A stretch of DNA of 64,000 bases from a virus (lineage: Duplodnaviria; Caudoviricetes), in IMG/VR virus record IMGVR_UViG_3300027913_000117, positions 5,750-69,749 of that record. One strand, 5' to 3'. Shown one piece after another: positions 16,923 to 27,400 of the stretch. The number at the start of each line of letters is the position of its first letter. Within the stretch, counting starts at the first letter, position 1. The position numbers and the translations under genes are program-made. The notes under the pieces were generated by a model that saw only the letters and a list, made by a program, of their open reading frames with translations, did not search any database and had not been told where the DNA came from.

Positions 16923-18458
16923 ATGGCGGAAAGTAATATAAACGTAGGATTAGGTATTGGTTTGTCTGGTAAGCTAGACGCTACCAATAGAATATTTGCA
17001 GCAGAGCAAGCAGAGGAGCAGTATAAGCGCAAATTAAACATTACTGCACAGAAAGAAAAAGACGACCAAGTAGAGCAGGTAAAGCGCGCGATATTGACAG
17101 AAAAGGGAAAGTTTGACCCCTTGGTTTCTCCGAAGGCAAATGAAGACATTGCGAATACACTTTTAGCAATAACCAACGCAAAGGCTCAGAACCCTACCAG
17201 TTATATTAACGACGCATATCGATTGTTTGGAGATTTGAGATCGAGACTTGACGACTACAACACAACAAGTGCACAGTTAGCTGATTTGAGAAGTTTAAAC
17301 GAGAAGCAAAAAAAAGGAGTATATATTTCCAAATCACAACAAGCAGCCTATGATGAAATCGGTAAAGCTAAAAACTACGACGAATGGATCGCATCCCTTA
17401 GTAGAAAAGGAATAGGGGATGATTTCTTTTCAATCGATCCATCAACCGGTAAGATGATTACCAATTATGTAGTTGCTGACGATCCAACCAAGTTTGCTCA
17501 AAACATTTTTAATCAGCGTAAAAACGAAGTTTTGGATGTTGTTGAAACAAAAAATATAGAAAGAGCCGGCAAGAAGATTGACGAAGTAAGAACCATTACA
17601 GGTATTCCAAGAACGAGAGAAGAGGCTCAGAAAATAACTGAAGAAAAGATCAAAAGAACACGCAGCAGTGTTGGTGTTCAACCCGTATATTCTGGTGAAG
17701 ATATTGCTGAGAACTATTTGTCTGACCCAGCCAGAAGGCTCCAATATACTGATAGATTTCCGGAAACTAAAGGTATGGATGACATTCAGCTGACAAATCA
17801 CTTCTTGGATAATTTCTACGAGCCGTACAAACCATACAAGGAAAGTTCTAGGTATTTTAATCCTGCATCAAAACAAGAGATTAACATAAGTGTTGGTTCT
17901 GGTGTTGGGTCTAGAGCTTTTACTTATATTAAAGAAAAAACAATACTTCCTGACTTGGCTGAAGGTAAAGGAATACAAGTGGAAGGTAGTGCATATTCGA
18001 ATATAGGTATTTCAGCAAAATCAGCAGGTAGTTATTTGAATAACAAAGTAATAAATGCAAAAACAGGAAAAAGTTTAACCGTAGGAGAAAAGGACGGTTT
18101 AACTAAAACCATCAATTCGAATAAAAATAAAAATGTAACTTTTGGTTCTATTTATACTATCAAAGTCGCAACAAAGAGCGATGGAACAAAACGATATTTA
18201 AAACCAGAAGATAAACCAGTATCGGGAGAAACTGTAAAATACGAACCAGTAGTAGAGGCTTCATTTAGCGATTTAGATTTTGAACCAACAATTGAAAAGA
18301 TAACAACAAAAACAATATTTTGGCCGTTATCTGACGCTAAAAGAATTATAGGAAACCAAGTAATGAATAAAGAAACAAGATCGTCTTGGGATGCATTGTT
18401 GAAAGAGGTTGAGTTACATTCTAATGCTCTTAATAAGAGCATTGGAAAGGTTGAGTAA
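16923..18458 (+). CDS. putative ejection (cargo) protein 2
   Basis: 511 aa, charged helical, synteny. Confidence 0.5.
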   Translation: MAESNINVGLGIGLSGKLDATNRIFAAEQAEEQYKRKLNITAQKEKDDQVEQVKRAILTEKGKFDPLVSPKANEDIANTLLAITNAKAQNPTSYINDAYRLFGDLRSRLDDYNTTSAQLADLRSLNEKQKKGVYISKSQQAAYDEIGKAKNYDEWIASLSRKGIGDDFFSIDPSTGKMITNYVVADDPTKFAQNIFNQRKNEVLDVVETKNIERAGKKIDEVRTITGIPRTREEAQKITEEKIKRTRSSVGVQPVYSGEDIAENYLSDPARRLQYTDRFPETKGMDDIQLTNHFLDNFYEPYKPYKESSRYFNPASKQEINISVGSGVGSRAFTYIKEKTILPDLAEGKGIQVEGSAYSNIGISAKSAGSYLNNKVINAKTGKSLTVGEKDGLTKTINSNKNKNVTFGSIYTIKVATKSDGTKRYLKPEDKPVSGETVKYEPVVEASFSDLDFEPTIEKITTKTIFWPLSDAKRIIGNQVMNKETRSSWDALLKEVELHSNALNKSIGKVE

Positions 18459-18461
18459 CCC

Positions 18462-18492
18462 TTTGTTTTATCGATGATTTTTGCTATATTTG
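18462..18492 (+). promoter_or_regulatory. Bacteroidota promoter upstream of giant protein
   Basis: TTTG-N19-TATATTTG. Confidence 0.75.
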
Positions 18493-18496
18493 TAAT

Positions 18497-21400
18497 ATGG
18501 CAGAAGACTTCGACTTCAACAATTTAGGTACTCAACCGAAACCAAAACCTGTTCTCAATTATCAGAATTTATATGACGCTTTAAAGGGTAAAAGCTTTCC
18601 TACTGCACAAGAAGGTATCAAGTTTGGAAATAGTTTTATAACTACACCTAAAGACCTCGAGACGTTTCTTTCTAACGACAAAAATCAACAAAAATTTTAT
18701 GAGGCGTTTCAGAGCAATCCGAAATTCAAATCTTTTGGATTAACTGACGCTTCTCAGTTTAAATCTAAAATTGACAAGTCTAATGGTTTTGCGTGGATGC
18801 CGGCAACCGCTAAACCAGAAAGCAGCATAGGTCTTCCTGAATTTGATCCACAAGAAGTCAAGTCAAGAGTAGATAACGGCTTTGCTAAAATCGCAGCTCG
18901 TGGGTTAAATGTAACACCTTCCGGAGTTGAGTTGACGACACCTGAACAGTTTAAGGAGTTTACTCTTGTCGGTGCTGAGGAGTATGATCAGTGGAAAAAA
19001 CAAAACGAAGGAAAACTGGCACAGTCTGGAATTAATCCTTTTGCTTGGGACAGAGACTTGACACAATACAATCCAACATCAGAAGAGATTTTTCAAAAGC
19101 AAACAGAAGAAGAAGCACAGCGTCTTATCACAGACAAGAATGCACAAGCAGTAAATACAATTATTGCAGATTTGGGAATTAAACCTGAAAATATCGGAGA
19201 GATTGCAGATGAACAGTTTAAAGATCCAAACTACTCGTTTAAAGTAAAAACCGAAGCATACGGGTTTGAATCAGAAGCAGCGGTGAAGGTGGAGAACATA
19301 TTTACTACCCTTACCCAACTTGGCTATAATGAAGAAGAGGCTTATGATTTCATAAATAATCAACGAGATAAGTACAGACAAACTAAGTTCAAACAGTTAG
19401 ATTTGCAAAAGAACCAAGAGTCTGTAAAAACTCAATCACAAGCAACACAACTTAAAGGAATCAACGTTTATCAGTTAGATATGGACCAGAAAGGTTTCAA
19501 TATGTTGAACGATAAACAGAAAGCTGTAGCTAATGAGTATTCTAAGTTGGATGATTTGAATCTCCAACTTCGTCGTATTCAGAGTAGAAAAGGAAACGCA
19601 TTTGAAGCACAACCTGAAGTCGAAAAATTAAATTCTGAAATAAAAGCTACACAGGAAAGAATTAAAACTTTACAAGTAGAAGCAGACGCTGCTCCAGTTA
19701 CCTTGTATGATCCAATTCAACGACTTCCTGTTGAACCACAAATTGCAGCACAAGCAATAGCTAAAGCAAATCAAAAATATAACGAATCCTACTATCAAAA
19801 TAATCTTCTTGGTAATATCAAACAGGATCGTAACACCTTATTGTTAGAAACTGAGGAACTCAGACAAACAATAATTGCACAAAGTAAAAAGATTGAAGAC
19901 GCAACCAGTCGCGGAATTCAAATATCTCCTCGTGAGCAAATCAGCCTTTCTGCAAACAGTAAACTATACAACGACAAAGTTGCTGAATTGTTTGTACTTA
20001 ATAAAGCAATTTATACCAACTCAAATCCTTTGAAAAGAGAGAATGCCAATTTTACAGGTGGTGTTGAACAATATGTAAAACAATCTACATTTGGTGGCTT
20101 ATCTCAGAATACACTCGGTCTTCTTAGTAGCGAAGAAGCCAATATTATGGCTGGTAAAATGAAGAGTTATGGGTTTAATGTGAGCGCAAAAGACCTCGAA
20201 GCAGGAAAAATGGGCGCATTTGAATCCTTTGGTTTTTCATTAATTCCCATGTTGGGAACTATGGCTGAGATGGCAGTATATCAAGCAATGGGTAATGTTG
20301 CATCTGAAGCGGTAGCAGGTACACGACTTGTTACTGGAGCCAGAGAGTTTCTAAAAAGTACATACGGAACCAATTCATTAAGAGTTAAGGCTTTCGATAT
20401 TTTTCTTAAAGAGTCATTGACAGCGGGAACACAAATCGGTTCATACGTTTTGGCTGATCAAAGCGTTGCCGGTGCTGCAGGTGAGATATACTCTGAAAGA
20501 GCATTTGAAAAAGTAGCAGCTAAACAACAACTTGAGAAACTAGCAAAAGGAGGTAAAGGACGTATTTTATATGTTGTTGGTAAATACTTAAGTGGAGCCG
20601 GCGGTGAAACTTTATCAGAGACTGCTGGTACAATTGCAGATGAGTTTGCAAATAACGGCTATGATATTCGTGCAGCATTTGACTTGGCTACAGAAGAAGG
20701 TCAGTTGGGAACAGTTGCTCTTGCTTCTTTATTTTTAACTGCTCCTGGGGATATCAAATTGTTAATGAAAACCCAGACAAAGTTCAATGAGTATTTGATT
20801 AAAAAAGCAGGTGTCGATGTTGATCCAGCAATTATCGAGATGAAGCGAGAAATAGATGCAGCAATCGACAACTACAGTAACGCACAAACAACTCCAACAG
20901 AACCAGTTCCTGTTGCTGACGCATTGGGCGAAATACAACCGGTTCCGATGGGTGAAGGTCCGATCGAGGCTCCAGAAGTAGCGGGGGCCTCAGAACAACA
21001 AATTCCCCAAGAGAAAGTAGAACAAACAAAACAAGAAGAAAAACTAGAAGTAGAAAAAAGAGTAGCTAATCTAGGAGAAGTATTCCACGTAGTAGAGAAC
21101 GACGGAGAAGTTGAAAAGCAAGTAACCTATCGCTACGATCCAGAAACCGGCAAACTACAATCAAAAGGATATACAGATTTCAACGATAAGTTCACAGACG
21201 TAAATGAAGAGTTAAAATCTCAAGTAGAGCAGAAGATGAAAGAGAACGGTATGTTGTCTGCATCCAAGGCTTTAGAGATTGCAAGAAAGAACTTGAACAT
21301 TGACGACGACAGTCAGTTGATTTGGAAAGACGGTAAACTACTTTACAGTAATGACGGTGCTCGTAGAGTTACTGAAAAAGGTGCTGAAAGTACAAGAAAC

Positions 21401-24400
21401 GTTGTTAAGACTGCTTTCGAAAAAGTAAAACAAAAGAGAGCAAAGATAGACGAAACTGTATTTAAAGATACTGATAAGATAGACACCAACGATTCCGGGT
21501 TTAACGTAATGGTTGGAGCCATCAGAAGAGCGTTTGGTGGTAAATTGAGATTGGACTACGGTTCATTCTTTTTCAACGGTGCTAAAATCAACACAGACGG
21601 TCAGCGCGGTGTACCGAGACTTTCCAATTACATGGCTCCAATAATTGAGGCATTTACTAAGATTGGAAATGGTGCGTCACGAGTAAACACTGTAGTTGCT
21701 AACATCATAAACTCAGAGTATTTTAAAAACTCATTTACACCTGAAGACATGGTTGCATTACAACAAGGTGGATTGGTTAATGATGCAGCAATGAACTTGT
21801 TGAGCAACTTGTTGATTAATGAAGACGCAGTATTGTCTGAGGTGTTCAACGAGGACCCAACAATGATCCGTGACTTCAAGGCTCTTCGCGAACAACTAAA
21901 CGCATATGCTGGAAAAGAATTTGTAGGTACTGAGGGCAAGAATTTAACGTATGCTTACTACAACACTCGTATTTCTGAGACACGTTCTAACCTCACAGAA
22001 GGCGAACTTCAAAAAACAGGTAAAGAGTTTGCTGTAGCGCAAGAAGAAAAGAGACAGATCCAAAACATAGCAATGTCTGCACGCGGTGAAGAATATTCTC
22101 CAGAAGAAGTTGCAGCCATTCGATTCAGCGAAGGTAAAATCAACGCTAAAGAGTTCTTAGATATCGTTAAAGAAGATACTACAGGATTAACTGAGCAAGA
22201 AGTAGAAAATAAAGCAAACGCAAAAGCTGCTGTACTTAATGTGGCTCAAGACTTTGAAACATACAAGTCTCGTAAAGAGTCGCTAGCAAAGAGCCGTAAA
22301 GCCAGAATCTCTAAGATTAAAAAGATGGCTTTAGACAATGTGTTTGATTTTCAAGTGTTTGGAGTTAAACCACAAACCATCTTAGGAAGAGCGGTTGCAC
22401 CAATTGTCAAAGGTAGAAAATTAAGACAACAAAAAGACTATGCTGCAAAGCTAATGAACACTCAATTAGAGTTCTTGGCTATGCGTGCAGGTTTTGATGA
22501 TGTCGAACTCGAGCAGTTTATTGACACAATGCTGACATTTGAAAAGATTGACGAACAAGCAATCCTTCAAGTAGCAAGCAACATAATTAGTAGTAAGTCC
22601 GGTAGAGTGGCTTTCTCCAGAGAGATGAGTAACGACCCATCCTTCCAGTCCGACAAAGGGTTTGGAAGAAAGTACTTAGCTAAGTTTGACGAAGACAATG
22701 GTGTGGACCCAACAATGTCTTACTTCTTGAGAGGTTGGTATAAATCTGCAGCAGGAATGTGGATGTATGAGCAAGGACATCCTGACAAAATTATGACAAA
22801 AGAAGGAGTTAGTCCTTCCAACGGTCAGGTTATGGATTTGAAGGATTTGATTGACTCTGATAAGTTCTTTGAATTCTTCCCGGGGCTTCAGAACCTAAAA
22901 ATAAAATTCGAAGTAGCAGAAGGAAATCCAAACACTGCAGAAATGCAAGGAAGTACATTACGAGTAATATTACCATCAAACTACACCAATGAGATGTTGA
23001 TATCAACAGTAATGTCAGAAGTAAGAGATATTGCAGCACGCGAAGCAGGATTACCGTCTCAACCGATCGTAAAAACTAGCCAAGAAATATTCGATGACTT
23101 CTTAAATCTACCGGCATATAAAGACACACCTAGAGCTGAGAAGTTAAGAAAGGCAATAGATGATTTTAAGACTCTCGACCAGTCAGCAATGGAAGGAGTT
23201 AATGGGTTGGTTATTGAAGTTATTTTGGATCCCAACTATAAAGTAACATCGGAAGCCGCAGAGTACAGAAAAGAACTTTTATCCGACCCAGAGATGAGAG
23301 CAATGCTCAATGATTTGGCTGTAAAATATAAACAAAAAGAGTTTAAACAGCAATTTATGAGCGATGTCGGATTTAAAGCAGATCCTGTTGGTAAGTCTAT
23401 AGATAACGACTATCTGACTATTGCTACAAAGTTGTTTAGAAAGTTTCCAAATCTTGATCCTGAAAGTTCTGTAATGGAATTGATTACTTCCCTACAAGAC
23501 AACGACAAAAACTTTAAAACAGATGTCCTTGGTTTATTGGACGTATATCTGAAAGGATCTACGATAAGTGAAGTACAAAAGGTAAAAATTCAAGAGTTTA
23601 TGGATCGTGTGATTTATGAACTCAAAACAGGAGCAAATACACTTACAGACATTGGCTTAATTGATTTGATGAATGATGTCTCAGATCCCGCGTTTAAAAT
23701 TTTAGCCACTGAGCTTTCAGATTTGGAATTCGGTAGTGTGTATCTATCTACTACCGCTACAAATACGAGTATTGCGTTTGCGTTGTTGTTTGGTGAAGGT
23801 TTGAGTTCTGAACTAGAAAACGGAGAAAATGCAATGTTTAATACAATGCAAGATGTCTCTGTTGAAAACAAAATAAATAGAATTATCGAATCACAACCTG
23901 GGGAGGTAGTTAAAGAGTTAAACAGAATTCCTGAAGAAGTTCAAGCTAAAGCGGAACAAATGAGAAAGGAATTGGGCAGAAATATGGAACTTGCTCAGGA
24001 CCCGACAAGTGAAGAATTTAAAAAAGCATTTGGTGATTCAAAGGTTGTAGACAAAGAGGGCAACCCCATGATAGTATATCGCGGAACCAGCGATGTATAT
24101 GGTTTAGAAAATGATCGTATTTTCTACACAGATAAGCCGATTAAAGCGTTCTCATATGTTTCACAACGTGAAAGAAAAAAAGGAACATCGATCAGAAACG
24201 CATATGTTAAGATCGAAAACCCTATCGTAATCGATGCAGGAGGAGTTAATTGGAATGAGTTAAAAATTGATGGTGTTTATTACAATACCGACAGGGTGTA
24301 TGAAGTTATTTCACAATTCAATCAAGGAAAACTTCCAGATCAATTAAATGCTTCTTCTGTTAATCCGTTTGTTAATCCTTTGTACAAAATGGTTGATGAA

Positions 24401-27400
24401 CATGCTAGAACAACAGGAAAGAATCCAGACGGTATTATATTCAAAAACATAAAAGACTTCGGACCAGGTCGTTTAAATAATTATGTTCCTGCTTCGATAA
24501 ATGATACAAAGTTTTCTGGTAATGTTTATGTTCCTCTTTCTAACGAACAAGTATTTGTAAAAGACAACACCCTATTCTCACAAGACTCGGTTATTCGTGC
24601 AGCAATCAATTTAAAAGAGGACGGTAGCGCAATTATTTATGCTGTGACCGATCCTAACGTTTCATCTCCAATCCACGAAATGGCTCACTTATTGGAGAAT
24701 TATTTAACCGATGCCGAGAAACAAGCGGTTATGGATTTCGCGGGGGAGTCAGAATGGAATACAAATACATCAGAAGCATTCGCAAGAGGGTTTGAAAGAT
24801 TCCTATACGAAGGACAATCTCCAAACAAACAGATGTCAAGAGTATTCGAAAAGTTCCAACAATGGCTAACTGAAATCTACAACGCATTAGGTCTAGAAAA
24901 TCTTGGTAAGGAGTTGAATCCTCAAATGACAGCCATCTACAAAACAATCTTTGGAGAAGGAGCAACACAAGAAGAAACAATCCAGCAAGACGAAGATCAG
25001 GAATTACTAGATATCATTGAAGCACAACGCGCGAACGGAGTAGATGATGAATCTATCTATATGGGGTTGATACGTGCAGGGTATGCTCCACAGGACGTAA
25101 CTGACTTCTTTAATTCCTATACTAAACAAACAGTAGCCAAAGCATTAAAGAAAGAAGGAACCAGTGCAACCAAAGATATGGCCCGCGCGGTTGAGATGGA
25201 TGCTGTTACGATCCGTAGAACGGCTGAGGAGATTGTTAGCATATTGCAACAAATGGATCCTATTGAAAGACAAGCAATGAGAGCAGTACTACCCGACACT
25301 GTTAGATTTTCAGACATTGCTCTTTACGATTTGATTGCTACACTTCACGATAAAATACAGTCTGGTAAAGATGGAAGTGAAGAGTTCCAAAAAATAATGG
25401 AGGTTGGAACCAGTGCTGGTAGACTTCTTCAGAGAATGAATGAGTTGAAACTAACAACCGGTGATAGTATGGTTGCAATGCTGATGAAACAAATAAACAG
25501 CAGAGGAAGAAAGTTAGCACCAAGAGTAGAGAGTAAATTGAAAGACTTGGGCGCAGAGATGGACAAGGCAAAACAAATCTACGAACAAGCAAAAATAGAT
25601 GCTCAGAACTCCCCAACACAATTGAGCAAAAATGACCCATCTAAAACCAATTACCAATACTACACAGAGGCTCAAAACAATTATAAAAATGCAAGATTTG
25701 AGTTCTTTAAAGAATTGAAACCACATGTCAGAGCTGAAAGTCTAAGTGAGTTGTATAGTACATTAGTTCGTGGTAACTTGTTAACAATCGGTTCGTTTGG
25801 AATCAACTTGACATCAAACGCGGTAAAGAGTGTCGTAAACATTCCTCTTAACTTTGTTGCCGGTGGGGTGTCTATGGTGAGAAGTGCCATATTTAAAAAT
25901 ACAAAATACGAGAAACAACTTGGTGATAAATCTTTAAGTAGAGGATTGGGTTATTATGGTGCTATTCGTAAAAGTTTAGGAAAAGCTACAAGTGAGGCAG
26001 TTAAAGCATTCAAATATGGTTCAGTGATAGAAGATGCTAACGGACTTCAAGTAAGTAGAGGCTTTAATGGTATTCGTGCGTTTAGAGACATGTTTGGTAT
26101 GATTAAAGACTTTTTAACAAACAAAGACATGACTCAAGAAGAGTTTGCTGAAAAGTACAAATTCTTAATCAAAGAAGATAGCGGTCGTGTTGGCACAAAA
26201 GATAAAATCCTACGGGTCATGGAGGGCATGTTTGGTATTGCTGCAGAGTTGAACTTTAGAGCACTTGGTGGTCCTGACGCATTCTTTAAAACCGCGGCTT
26301 ACTATGGTGCGTTATTTGAACAAGCAAGAATTAAAGGATTGAGTGATGTTCCAGAGGAAAAGTATGGGGGGCTGTCAGAACTTCAATTCTTCATAGAAAT
26401 GAACTCCGACTACAGTAACGCAGAAGCTATGGAAGAAGCATCTAAATTGATTTACGCAAATGATGGTGTTCTATATAAAGGGTTATCTTTTATTATATCT
26501 GGCTTTAATAGAAAAGGATCAAGTGGTAAATTAAATTTTGTACAGAAAGCAGCAAACGCATCATTTACAACATTACTACCATTCCAAAAGATTCCATCGA
26601 ACGTGGCAGAAGAATTTCTACAATTCTCTAATCCCGCATATTCAATGATGGCAAGTGGTTGGTTTTATACTGACTCTTTCAACACGGCTAAGAAAATAAA
26701 AAATGCCAAAATACCTAGCGTAAAGAAAAAACTAATTCAAGAGTACAGAAGACAATTGAGAAATGCAGATATGTCTCTTAGTAGAGCAATTGTTGGAGGA
26801 ACTCTACAAACTGCGGCATTTGCAATAGCAGAAAACTTCGCATTATCTGGCTCTGCATCTCCAATGGCAGGTGTTGACGATAAAGAAAGAAGATGGAAAA
26901 AAGAGTTTATGCCAGCCGATCACATAAACTTGACACTGTTGATTGAAAACATGGGAAAGGACAATAAGAGAAAGGAGTGGAAAAAAACAGACGAAATCAG
27001 ACCACTAAGAGAATTTGGTGTATTCGGTGCAATGATGTCGATGTTAAAAACACAGATGGAAAAAGAGAATAGAGAATACTCCGGTTCAATCAACATGAGC
27101 GACATTAACTTGAACGTAGGAAAGAATCCTGGGGTATTCACAAACTTCTTTGGTATGTTCCCGTATTTGTTGGATCAAACAATGGTTAAGAATATCGGAG
27201 ATTTGTTTGAGGTGATTTCGAGTAAGGAAAAAGTACCGGTTGCCAATTTCATGTCTTCTTATTTCAACACGGTGGTTACGGCATTTTTCCCAAATCACTT
27301 AAACACTTTGACAAAATTTGGAAGAGAGTTTGAAACCGCATACAAGGCTTCACCAGAACAAGCAGAATCGATGGGGTCTTCAGAGTTGAGTTTGGAGTTA

